The position numbers and the translations under genes were made by a program. From positions 7,256,001-7,316,000 of the forward strand of contig OZ249436.1 of NCBI GenBank assembly GCA_965235115.1: a stretch of DNA of 60,000 nt, in the 5' to 3' direction. Of the stretch, positions 1-12,496 are shown piece after piece (position 1 is the stretch's first letter; the number at the start of each line of letters is the position of its first letter). Source of the DNA: Laetmonice hystrix. Its lineage: Eukaryota. The notes below the pieces were generated by a model. The model saw only the letters and a list, made by a program, of their open reading frames with translations, ran no database searches and was not told the origin of the DNA.

Positions 1-3000
1 CAATGACTGTTTGCCGTAAAGGTTTAGTTAACAATGACAAATGGCGTTGTACGCCTTTTCTATATCAGATATCCCATCCCCAAGTAAGAAACAAAGATAG
101 AAAGAGTACAGAGATATTGCAGACAAGAAACACCAGGGTGCAGCGCAGCTCTACTGTAGCGGCACGGGGGCGGCGACTGCACTGCCATCTTCCGGCTACC
201 GGTGGAATCACCACGTATACCTGGCCGGGCTGGCGGGCACCTGTGGCTCTTAGGTTAAAGCAATGAGAAGCGAAAAATGGCTACATTTCGGATACGTCAA
301 ATTGAAACTACGCCCCCCAAAGTTATGATTCTTAGGCCAGATGTATAACTGTCAAACGTATAGGTCTCGTACGTTCGCTACAGATATATGGTTGTGATGT
401 GTATACTTCCCATTTGAGTATTTCTCCAGATTTTAACATTAGATGCTCCTCGCCAGTATCTTTCATTTCCGCTACCTCGCTGTAGTGTTTGCATGGCTAC
501 TAGGCAAGTCGGTAAGATGTAGGGACTTGTCACTCTACTGGTTGGCCGCCCACACTGCTTGGCCTCACAGTGTACTGTTTGGCCTGACTGTACTCTTTGG
601 CCTCACTGTAGTGTTCGCTTGGGTGGTAGGCCAGCCAGTACCTTGTAGCGATTCCTCACTGTACTGTTTGTCCTCCCTGTACCGTTTGCTTGAATACAAC
701 AGTAGCCATTAATATAGGGACGCCTCATGTTTCATGTTTCCATGCCTTTATTGTCCAGGAGGCAGGCCATACGTTTCGTCTCTCATCTACTCCCATCTAA
801 TCTGTGTCCCCTACAGACCATCTGTAAGCGTGCGACAACGTTGTCAGGTCGTCCCAATGACTGTTTGCCGTAAAGGTTTAGTTAAAAATGACAAATGACG
901 TTGTACGCCTTTTCTATATCAGATATCCCATCCCCAAGTAAGAAACAGAGAAAGAAAGAGTATTGCAGACAAGAAACACCAGGGTGCAGCGCAGCTCTAC
1001 TGAAGCGGCACTGGGGCGGCGATTGCACTGCCATCTTCCGGCTACCGGTGGAATCACCACGTTTTCTTGCCCGGGCTGGCGGGCACCTGTGGCTCTTAGG
1101 TTAAAGCAATGAGAAGCGAAAAATGGCTACATTTCTTATACGTCAAATTAAAACTACGCCCCCCAAAGTTATGATTCTTAGGCCAGATGTATAACTGTCA
1201 AACGTATAGGTCTCGTACGTTCGCTACAGATATATGGTTGTGATGTGTATACTTCCCATTTGAGTATCTTCTCCAGATTTTAACATTAGAGGCTCCTCGC
1301 CAGTATATTTAATTTCCCCTACCTCATTGTAGTGTTTGCATGGGTACTAGGCAAGTCGGTAAGATGTAGGGACTTGTCACTCTACTGGTTGGCCGCCCAC
1401 ACTGCTTGGCCTCACAGTGTACTGTTTGGCCTGACTGTACCCTTTGGCCTCACTGTAGTGTTCGCTTGGGTGCTAGGCCAGCCAGTACCTTGTAGCGATT
1501 CCTCACTGTACTGTTTGTCCTCCCTGTACCGTTTGCTTGAATACAACAGTAGCCATTAATATAGGGACGCCTCATGTTTCATGTTTCCATGCCTTTATTG
1601 TCCAGGAGGCAGGCCATACGCTTCGTCTGATATCATCTACTCCCATCTAATCTGTGTCCCCTACAGACCATCTGTAAGCGTGCGACAACGTTGTCAGGTC
1701 GTCCCAATGACTGTTTGCCGTAAAGGTTTAGTTAACAATGACAAATGACGTTGTACGCCTTTTCTATATCAGATATCCCATCCCCAAGGAAGAAACAGAG
1801 AAAGAAAGAGTATTGCAGACAAGAAACACCAGGGTGCAGCGCAGCTCTACTGAAGCGGCACGGGGGCGGCGACTGCACTGCCATCTTCCGGCTACCGGTG
1901 GAATCACCACGTTTTCTTGCCCGGGCTGGCGGGCACCTGTGGCTCTTAGGTTAAAGCAATGAGAAGCGAAAAATGGCTACATTTCTGATACGTCAAATTA
2001 AAACTACGCCCCCCAAAGTTATGATTCTTAGGCCAGATGTATAACTGTCAAACGTATAGGTCTCGTACGTTCGCTACAGATATATGGTTGTGATGTGTAT
2101 ACTTCCCATTTGAGTATCTTCTCCAGATTTTAACATTAGAGGCTCCTCGCCAGTATATTTAATTTCCCCTACCTCATTGTAGTGTTTGCATGGGTACTAG
2201 GCAAGTCGGTAAGATGTAGGGACTTGTCACTCTACTGGTTGGCCGCCCACACTGCTTGGCCTCACAGTGTACTGTTTGGCCTGACTGTACCCTTTGGCCT
2301 CACTGTAGTGTTCGCTTGGGTGCTAGGCCAGCCAGTACCTTGTAGCGATTCCTCACTGTACTGTTTGTCCTCCCTGTACCGTTTGCTTGAATACAACAGT
2401 AGCCATTAATATAGGGACGCCTCATGTTTCATGTTTCCATGCCTTTATTGTCCAGGAGGCAGGCCATACGCTTCGTCTGATATCATCTACTCCCATCTAA
2501 TCTGTGTCCCCTACAGACCATCTGTAAGCGTGCGACAACGTTGTCAGGTCGTCCCAATGACTGTTTGCCGTAAAGGTTTAGTTAACAATGACAAATGACG
2601 TTGTACGCCTTTTCTATATCAGATATCCCATCCCCAAGTAAGAAACAGAGAAAGAAAGAGTATTGCAGACAAGAAACACCAGGGTGCAGCGCAGCTCTAC
2701 TGAAGCGACACGGGGGCGGCGACTGCACTGCCATCTTCCGGCTACCGGTGGAATCACCATGTATACCTGGCCGGGCTGGCGGGCACCTGTGGCTCTTAGG
2801 TTAAAGCAATGAGAAGCGAAAAATGGCTACATTTCGGATACGTCAAATTGAAACTACGCCCCCAAAGTTATGATTCTTAGGCCAGATGTATAACTGTCAA
2901 ACGTATAGGTCTCGTACGTTCGCTACCGATATATGGTTGTGATGTGTATACTTCCCATTTGAGTATCTTCTCCAGATTTTAACATTAGATGCTCCTCGCC

Positions 3001-6000
3001 AGTATCTTTCATTTCCACTATCTCAATGTAGTGTTTGCATGGCTACTAGGCAAGTCGGTAAGATGTAGGGACTTGTCACTCTACTGGTTGGCCGCCCACA
3101 CTGCTTGGCCTCACAGTGTACTGTTTGGCCTGACTGTACTCTTTGGCCTCACTGTAGTGTTCGCTTGGGTGGTAGGCCAGCCAGTACCTTGTAGCGATTC
3201 CTCACTGTACTGTTTGTCCTCCCTGTACCGTTTGCTTGAATACAACAGTAGCCATTAATATAGGGACGCCTCATGTTTCATGTTTCCATGCCTTTATTGT
3301 CCAGGAGGCAGGCCATACGTTTCGTCTATCATCTACTCCCATCTAATCTGTGTCCCCTACAGACCATCTGTAAGCGTGCGACAACGTTGTCAGGTCGCCC
3401 CAATGACTGTTTGCCGTAAAGGTTTAGTTAAAAATGACAAATGACGTTGTACGCCTTTTCTATATCAGATATCCCATCCCCAAGTAAGAAACAGAGAAAG
3501 AAAGAGTATTGCAGACAAGAAACACCAGGGTGCAGCGCAGCTCTACTGAAGCGGCACTGGGGCGGCGATTGCACTGCCATCTTCCGGCTACCGGTGGAAT
3601 CACCACGTTTTCTTGCCCGGGCTGGCGGGCACCTGTGGCTCTTAGGTTAAAGCAATGAGAAGCGAAAAATGGCTACATTTCGGATACGTCAAATTAAAAC
3701 TACGCCCCCCAAAGTTATGATTCTTAGGCCAGATGTATAACTGTCAAACGTATAGGTCTCGTACGTTCGCTACAGATATATGGTTGTGATGTGTATACTT
3801 CCCATTTGAGTATCTTCTCCAGATTTTAACATTAGAGGCTCCTCGCCAGTATATTTAATTTCCCCTACCTCATTGTAGTGTTTGCATGGGTACTAGGCAA
3901 GTCGGTAAGATGTAGGGACTTGTCACTCTACTGGTTGGCCGCCCACACTGCTTGGCCTCACAGTGTACTGTTTGGCCTGACTGTACCCTTTGGCCTCACT
4001 GTAGTGTTCGCTTGGGTGCTAGGCCAGCCAGTACCTTGTAGCGATTCCTCACTGTACTGTTTGTCCTCCCTGTACCGTTTGCTTGAATACAACAGTAGCC
4101 ATTAATATAGGGACGCCTCATGTTTCATGTTTCCATGCCTTTATTGTCCAGGAGGCAGGCCATACGTTTCGTCTATCATCTACTCCCATCTAATCTGTGT
4201 CCCCTACAGACCATCTGTAAGCGTGCGACAACGTTGTCAGGTCGTCCCAATGACTGTTTGCCGTAAAGGTTTAGTTAACAATGACAAATGGCGTTGTACG
4301 CCTTTTCTATATCAGATATCCCATCCCCAAGTAAGAAACAAAGATAGAAAGAGTACAGAGATATTGCAGACAAGAAACACCAGGGTGCAGCGCAGCTCTA
4401 CTGTAGCGGCACGGGGGCGGCGACTGCACTGCCATCTTCCGGCTACCGGTGGAATCACCACGTATACCTGGCCGGGCTGGCGGGCACCTGTGGCTCTTAG
4501 GTTAAAGCAATGAGAAGCGAAAAATGGCTACATTTCGGATACGTCAAATTGAAACTACGCCCCCCAAAGTTATGATTCTTAGGCCAGATGTATAACTGTC
4601 AAACGTATAGGTCTCGTACGTTCGCTACAGATATATGGTTGTGATGTGTATACTTCCCATTTGAGTATTTCTCCAGATTTTAACATTAGATGCTCCTCGC
4701 CAGTATCTTTCATTTCCGCTACCTCGCTGTAGTGTTTGCATGGCTACTAGGCAAGTCGGTAAGATGTAGGGACTTGTCACTCTACTGGTTGGCCGCCCAC
4801 ACTGCTTGGCCTCACAGTGTACTGTTTGGCCTGACTGTACTCTTTGGCCTCACTGTAGTGTTCGCTTGGGTGGTAGGCCAGCCAGTACCTTGTAGCGATT
4901 CCTCACTGTACTGTTTGTCCTCCCTGTACCGTTTGCTTGAATACAACAGTAGCCATTAATATAGGGACGCCTCATGTTTCATGTTTCCATGCCTTTATTG
5001 TCCAGGAGGCAGGCCATACGTTTCGTCTCTCATCTACTCCCATCTAATCTGTGTCCCCTACAGACCATCTGTAAGCGTGCGACAACGTTGTCAGGTCGTC
5101 CCAATGACTGTTTGCCGTAAAGGTTTAGTTAAAAATGACAAATGACGTTGTACGCCTTTTCTATATCAGATATCCCATCCCCAAGTAAGAAACAGAGAAA
5201 GAAAGAGTATTGCAGACAAGAAACACCAGGGTGCAGCGCAGCTCTACTGAAGCGGCACTGGGGCGGCGATTGCACTGCCATCTTCCGGCTACCGGTGGAA
5301 TCACCACGTTTTCTTGCCCGGGCTGGCGGGCACCTGTGGCTCTTAGGTTAAAGCAATGAGAAGCGAAAAATGGCTACATTTCTTATACGTCAAATTAAAA
5401 CTACGCCCCCCAAAGTTATGATTCTTAGGCCAGATGTATAACTGTCAAACGTATAGGTCTCGTACGTTCGCTACAGATATATGGTTGTGATGTGTATACT
5501 TCCCATTTGAGTATCTTCTCCAGATTTTAACATTAGAGGCTCCTCGCCAGTATATTTAATTTCCCCTACCTCATTGTAGTGTTTGCATGGGTACTAGGCA
5601 AGTCGGTAAGATGTAGGGACTTGTCACTCTACTGGTTGGCCGCCCACACTGCTTGGCCTCACAGTGTACTGTTTGGCCTGACTGTACCCTTTGGCCTCAC
5701 TGTAGTGTTCGCTTGGGTGCTAGGCCAGCCAGTACCTTGTAGCGATTCCTCACTGTACTGTTTGTCCTCCCTGTACCGTTTGCTTGAATACAACAGTAGC
5801 CATTAATATAGGGACGCCTCATGTTTCATGTTTCCATGCCTTTATTGTCCAGGAGGCAGGCCATACGCTTCGTCTGATATCATCTACTCCCATCTAATCT
5901 GTGTCCCCTACAGACCATCTGTAAGCGTGCGACAACGTTGTCAGGTCGTCCCAATGACTGTTTGCCGTAAAGGTTTAGTTAACAATGACAAATGACGTTG

Positions 6001-9000
6001 TACGCCTTTTCTATATCAGATATCCCATCCCCAAGGAAGAAACAGAGAAAGAAAGAGTATTGCAGACAAGAAACACCAGGGTGCAGCGCAGCTCTACTGA
6101 AGCGGCACGGGGGCGGCGACTGCACTGCCATCTTCCGGCTACCGGTGGAATCACCACGTTTTCTTGCCCGGGCTGGCGGGCACCTGTGGCTCTTAGGTTA
6201 AAGCAATGAGAAGCGAAAAATGGCTACATTTCTGATACGTCAAATTAAAACTACGCCCCCCAAAGTTATGATTCTTAGGCCAGATGTATAACTGTCAAAC
6301 GTATAGGTCTCGTACGTTCGCTACAGATATATGGTTGTGATGTGTATACTTCCCATTTGAGTATTTCTCCAGATTTTAACATTAGATGCTCCTCGCCAGT
6401 ATCTTTCATTTCCGCTACCTCGCTGTAGTGTTTGCATGGCTACTAGGCAAGTCGGTAAGATGTAGGGACTTGTCACTCTACTGGTTGGCCGCCCACACTG
6501 CTTGGCCTCACAGTGTACTGTTTGGCCTGACTGTACTCTTTGGCCTCACTGTAGTGTTCGCTTGGGTGGTAGGCCAGCCAGTACCTTGTAGCGATTCCTC
6601 ACTGTACTGTTTGTCCTCCCTGTACCGTTTGCTTGAATACAACAGTAGCCATTAATATAGGGACGCCTCATGTTTCATGTTTCCATGCCTTTATTGTCCA
6701 GGAGGCAGGTCATACGTTTCGTCTATCATCTACTCCCAAGGCCAGATGTATAACTGTCAAACGTATAGGTCTCGTACGTTCGCTACAGATATATGGTTGT
6801 GATGTGTATACTTCCCATTTGAGTATTTTTCCAGATTTTAACATTAGATGCTCCTCGCCAGTATCTTTCATTTCCGCTACCTCGCTGTAGTGTTTGCATG
6901 GCTACTAGGCAAGTCGGTAAGATGTAGGGACTTGTCACTCTACTGGTTGGCCGCCCACACTGCTTGGCCTCACAGTGTAGGTAGGCCTACTGTTTGGCCT
7001 GACTGTACCCTTTGGCCTCACTGTAGTGTTCGCTTGGGTGCTAGGCCAGCCAGTACCTTGTAGCGATTCCTCACTGTACTGTTTGTCCTCCCTGTACCGT
7101 TTGCTTGAATACAACAGTAGCCATTAATATAGGGACGCCTCATGTTTCATGTTTCCATGCCTTTATTGTCCAGGAGGCAGGCCATACGTTTCGTCTATCA
7201 TCTACTCCCATCTAGTCTCTGTGCCCTATAGGGCCTACATAGATCTACCATCTGTAAGCGTGCGACAACGTTGTCAGGTCGTCCCAATGACTGTTTGCCG
7301 TAAAGGTTTAGTTAACAATGACAAATGACGTTGTACGCCTTTTCTATATCAGATATCCCATCCCCAAGTAAGAAACAGAGAAAGAAAGAGTATTGCAGAC
7401 AAGAAACACCAGGGTGCAGCGCAGCTCTACTGAAGCGGCACGGGGGCGGCGACTGCACTGCCATCTTCCGGCTACCGGTGGAATCACCATGTATACCTGG
7501 CCGGGCTGGCGGGCACCTGTGGCTCTTAGGTTAAAGCAATGAGAAGCGAAAAATGGCTACATTTCTGATACGTCATATTGAAACTACGCCCCCAAAGTTA
7601 TGATTCTTAGGCCAGATGTATAACTGTCAAACGTATAGGTCTCGTACGTTCGCTACCGATGGTTGTGATGTGTAGGCCTATAGTATAGGCCTACTTCCCA
7701 TTTGAGTATCTTCTCCAGATTTTAACATTAGATGCTCCTCGCCAGTATCTTTCATTTCCACTATCTCAATGTAGTGTTTGCATGGCTACTAGGCAAGTCG
7801 GTAAGATGTAGGGACTTGTCACTCTACTGGTTGGCCGGCCACACTGCTTGGCCTCACAGTGTAGCCTACTGTTTGGCCTGACTGTACCCTTTGGCCTCAC
7901 TGTAGTGTTCGCTTGGGTGGTAGGCCAGCCAGTAGATTCTACCTTGTAGCGATTCCTCACTGTACTGTTTGTCCTCCCTGTACCGTTTGCTTGAATACAA
8001 CAGTAGCCATTAATATAGGGACGCCTCATGTTTCATGTTTCCATGCCTTTATTGTTCAGGAGGCAGGCCATACGTTTCGTCTATCATCTAGGCTACTCCC
8101 ATCTAATCTGTGTCCCCTACAGACCATCTGTAAACGTGCGACAACGTTGTCAGGTCGGCCCAATGACTGTTTGCCGTAAAGGTTTAGTTAACAATGACAA
8201 ATGACTTTGTACGCCTTTTCTATATCAGATATCCCATCCCCAAGTAAGAAACAAACAAAGAAATAGTACAGAGATGTTGCAGGCAAGAACACAAGGGTGC
8301 AGGGCCGCTCTACTGAAGCGGCGGCGGAGGCGGTGTCACATCGAAAACTGACCCCCGTGGTAAATTGACCGCCGGGTCACTTTTCCACAGTGTAAAAGTG
8401 ACCCTCCCTGTATAGTAATCTGACCATCAAGAAAAAGTTAAGACATTTCTTGTTCCGTTTATTTTTTATATTTATGGAAAGGATACAAAAGGATGTTTTT
8501 GTTCACATGTCGTACTCAATTTATCAATCTGCGCAATTTGCAAATAGTGTTAATTCAAATAGACCTAACCCTAAACTTACCTTAACCCTAAGCGAGGAGT
8601 GTAGAGTCTACATGTAGCACCCGTATCTGCTGGTTTGCCCTTTTAAATTTGCGCAAGTCGCGAAAGTGAGTACTGCTGAACAGGTGTCAAAACTGTTGAA
8701 AAATACCAAGAAGCAGGAAAATGACGATAGATTCCAATGTAAAGACGTTGTGCCTAATATCTATGTTATTCAACCTGGGTCATTTTTCCACAGGGGAGTT
8801 CACTTTTCCACTGTGGTAAAGTGACCCGGGGGTCGATTTACCATGTGGTAAATTGACCCCCGGGTCACTTTACCACGGGGTCACTTTACCACATCACAGC
8901 GGCGACTGCACTGCCATCTTCCGGCTACCGGTGGAATCACCACGTATACCTGGCCGGGCTGGCGGGCACCTGTGGCTCTTAGGTTACTGTTTGGCCTGAC

Positions 9001-9235
9001 TGTACTCTTTGGCCTCACTGTAGTGTTCGCTTGGGTGCTAGGCCAGCCAGTACCTTGTAGCGATTCCTCACTGTACTGTTTGTCCTCCCTGTACCGTTTG
9101 CTTGAATACAACAGAAGCCATTAATATAGGGACGCCTCATGTTTCATGTTTCCATGCCTTTATTGTTCAGGAGGCAGGCCATACGTTTCGTCTATCATCT
9201 AGGCTACTCCCATCTAATCTGTGTCCCCTACAGAC
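1..9235. repeat. Satellite array of ~850-bp monomers with a 4247-bp 5-mer higher-order repeat; continues off the left edge and degenerates at the right end
   Basis: The anchor caatgactgtttgccgtaaagg recurs at 1, 855, 1705, 2555, 3401, 4248, 5102, 5952, ~7285 and 8161. Variant monomers recur exactly 4247 bp apart (ORFs 443/4690, 895/5142, 1332/5579, 1738/5985). Deletion junctions lie at ~6738 and ~8985. Confidence 0.98.
8334..8898. mobile_element. Non-autonomous TIR element (Ginger-like MITE) inserted into a satellite monomer
   Basis: Interrupts the monomer sequence ...ggcgg|cgactgcac. It begins TGT and ends ACA, with a 4-bp duplication GCGG at 8330-8333 and 8899-8902. Imperfect TIRs are made of gtggtaaa(g/t)tgaccc sub-repeats. 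TGT..ACA ends with 4-bp TSDs are typical of Ginger DDE transposons; the family call is an inference. Confidence 0.8.
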
Positions 9236-9508
9236 AAGAAAATTCGCCCCTTCGTCTGAGAGCCGACGAATTGTCCCTCTCAGATGCCAGGAAATTGCAT
9301 CTTTGGGAGCCCTGGGGTATTTACCCCCCCCCCCCCAAAAAAAGTGATTGATGGTGCCCTTTTCTGGTTGATGGTGGCCTTTTTATAAGAGACTTATAAG
9401 GAAGTGTCACCAAAGACGGGCATCACTCGATTGGGCATTGACCTCTAGGCGCCCTAATGGAATGTTACCCCCCCCCCCCCCAATCGCAAACAGGTTGCGC
9501 CGGCCCTG
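9236..9508. mobile_element. Truncated DNA-transposon/MITE fragment abutting the end of the array
   Basis: Poly-C tracts followed by the terminus-like ...ttgcgccggccctg. No matching left end or TSD was seen. Confidence 0.35.
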
Positions 9509-10020
9509 AAATGTGTTGCCACTCCGACTTCTAAAGGCGAAGTAAAACAAGGGAATTTGACTCAAATATCCTAAGCATTTTCTCCGAGATGAGCGAAGAT
9601 CCGACTTAAAAAATCCGACTTATGCATAGATTTTCACAGAGTAAAACATTATAAATCATCCGTACCACCAAAGCCCTTTGTCCGAGATAAGCAAAGATTC
9701 GACTTATGCTAGCTTTACTACAAAACGGGGCCATCCATAAATAGAAAAGTTTAGAAGAGTCGATCAAACATAAATCATCCTCTTTTTTTTTAAATAAAAA
9801 GACTTTTTCTGATAACCCGACATTTCTGAAGGGTGGAGCGGGATTCTGAAATGTCGGGTTTCCAGTTTAATACAACGATCCGATACATTGTCCCTCTTTT
9901 CTTTCATGCGGAATGTTAATCTATGTTTTCTTCTGCTTTTCTTCAACATTTTGCATGGTTATGACTGATTTAGGCCTAGGTATGTAGCCTACATGTACTT
10001 TGTAAGGCATCATAACTCCG

Positions 10021-10136
10021 TGCGCCCTCTGGTGCAAGCATGCGTGTCTGGTCGGCCCCCTGGTGGCAAAGGCAGAAACTGAGAAACTGAGAAAGTAGGT
10101 TGCTGTAGTTGCCTCGTAGGAAAATTCTTTGGTCTG
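10021..10136 (+). promoter_or_regulatory. Candidate promoter and non-coding first exon of the RNA-binding-protein gene, with two CTCF-like motifs
   Basis: tgcgccctctggtg (10021-10034) and cggccccctggtggc (10053-10067) match the reverse complement of the CTCF core CCACCAGRGGGCG. A possible donor ctg|gtaaaa lies at 10136/10137. The TSS cannot be proven from sequence. Confidence 0.35.
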
Positions 10137-10778
10137 GTAAAATTTACTCTCATCAAAAAACTAAAAATATCGATCTTAATTTTAAACTTTATATAAATAT
10201 AAAAACAATACCATAATATGGCTCAAAGATGTTAACATGTAAAGAAACAAATTCATATGATAGACTCTTTCCAATCGAAAGGTAGGCAAGCAGAGAGTGC
10301 GTGCACCGGCTTTGTCGGCCATTTGTATTGGATGCTGGGTAAGAAATGTAATGTTTGTATCTTTATGGAAAGAAACCGAATCCTACCTGTGATGCTGTAA
10401 CATTGATGCTTAACTTTTCTGTCATCTACACCATATTGGTGTCGGGGTTGGAAAGAGAAATACCATGTGCAGGAAACAGAAAGTGTGGAGGAGCTGTGGC
10501 ACAACGTTCCACGACCGCGGGAACTGTGTGGGTTTCCTACAACAAGGGGTTGGGGCCCCTCGGGCCTCTGTCTATTGTTTTATTGGTAGCGTGGAATGAC
10601 ATAAATTCAGGCCTGCTAGGGGCCGGGCAGGGTCGCCCGTCAGACATGGCGCGAACCCGTGGGGAAAAATGACGCTCGCGAGTGTTCAGTCGTAGCCAGG
10701 ATTTATAGTCGATTCGCCGTTTCGACCTAGTCCTACACAGTTAGACGTGGACACCGTTAAACACTAACTTCGCGTTAA

Positions 10779-11768
10779 AGGTGCATTTTATGGGAAAAAG
10801 TGACAAATCGGTATTTCAAAGAACTTTTGCTGTTTTCATGAATAGATCCTTCATTAAATTGCTTGGTAAACACATCAGTTCCATTTTGCGTGCAAAATCG
10901 AAGTTTTTGGAGCCCCCTTGCTGGCTATCTGCCCATCGTTTGCACGTGGCTTTTGTTGACACACGTGACACGCAGAACCCTCGCGCATGCTCAGACGGTT
11001 TGTTTTAAAGCGTTTTGCATGGCTACGAACGGGATGGAGATGGCGAGTATAAACGCCAAACATTTCGTGTGTACGTTTAGATTTATCAGTCAGGAAATTG
11101 TCTGACACTCGATCGTGGTGGAAGGAATAGGGAATAGCGGCTCCGTACATACCTACCGACCGTGTCCCGTGTGTCTACCCCCGCTCCCCCAACACACACA
11201 GCCTGACCGGCCGATCGTGACCTCATCGTGTGACACTCGACTGTCTCGAGCCAGTTTCACCACTATCGACCCCGCCAACCTCGCCAGCGGCCCCCTGCCT
11301 TGGTTTCCGAGATTGACTTGCTGTCTTTTCCAACTTCTGTATCTTTCTTTCCTTGCCCGCTTCACTGCTGATTCCATAAAATATTTTTTGGGTGAGAACG
11401 ATAAGCCGGCTGTTTACAACTAAGCGAAGCACGTGACCAAGCACCCAGTGACCCACTCTCCAACGGCAGAGGTCAGAGGTCGTGCATGCGCGGTGGGAAC
11501 AAGTTTGCCAAGAGTGCACAAACAGGATGTGACGCAGTACGCGATTACACGGGTTGATGGGAGGTTGTCTCCCAAATTATGGCGCGAGATGTGCTATCAG
11601 GAGAAATCTACAGGTTTGGTCGAATAGAATCTACTTGTGCTGCATACGCAGCGAAAACACGTCGGAGGACAAAATGCTGTGGTAGGATTATTTACTTAGT
11701 CCCCCAGTACACGGTCATGTTGGATAATCGCCGGAAATCCTCAAAAACGTACATTTTAGCATGCCCTT
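10779..11768 (+). mobile_element. Kolobok-like non-autonomous DNA transposon (long copy, ~990 bp)
   Basis: Flanked by TTAA (10775-10778 and 11769-11772), with termini aggtgcat...atgccctt. Both ends are homologous to the inverted copy at 33558-34076. Confidence 0.8.
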
Positions 11769-12496
11769 TTAAGGATGTGGGACAAGCCATAGAGAATTTA
11801 CCAAATGCGTGGGTTGGCTCGGTTTCAACGCCGATTTCAAACCCCTGTCGCGATGTCTACTTACAATAAAATGCCCATGGGCCATGTTAATGTGTATAAC
11901 TTACTTAAAACTTAACTTACAGGATCCTCTTCTGGCAGCTAGGCCTTAGTTAGGCCTCTAATGCCAGCTCGTTGCCGGTTTGTTTACATTTTAGTGCTCG
12001 CTAGGATCTTGGTCAAGGAATTGTCTATTCCGAAGGTGATTTTGACTTGTCAGGCCTTTTGTTGTAAGTTCAGTCCGACTTATTAAAACTCTCCATCGCC
12101 ATTTGGCATCCGTGATAACATGAATCAGCTGGTTCCGGTTCCATTTGCACATGCGCAGTACCGACAGACAACAATGGCGGACAGGAATGAATCTTCGATT
12201 TGCTTCGATTGAGGGTATAAAAACGGCCGTAATATATTACAGAAGGAGCGCATTACTTCCTAAACTGTGCGCTGCACGTCGTCAGATGTAAATGGAAGTA
12301 ATCATGTATTCGTAGAGATATGAATCGGTGCCGTTTCTTTATTTGAAGGGATTTTGCAAATTCTCTATGACGATTCCAACGACCCTAACACGCTAGTGTA
12401 TAGGGGAGAGTCTACGGCTAGTTTTGACCCACATACATTGCCACAACCGAGTCGATTCGCCCCACCCCTAACATGTTAGCCTAGACGTCCATCCCT

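Noticed and set aside
248..273. Minus-strand TCGCTTCTC-N11-CTAAGA resembling the 5' end of U2 snRNA, with an octamer-like ATGCAAAC ~220 bp upstream
   Set aside because: No GTAGTA branch-pairing sequence, no Sm site and no further U2 similarity. Probably chance; an Infernal search would settle it.
767..795. Minus-strand TAGATGAG-agac-GAAAC resembling a hammerhead ribozyme core, as found in some satellites
   Set aside because: The core should be CTGANGA, stem II is absent, and the segment varies between monomers.
3..8179. Repeated 69-128 aa ORFs in the satellite monomers
   Set aside because: Monomer variants include frameshifting indels and stops, starts are mostly non-ATG, and no domain is recognisable.
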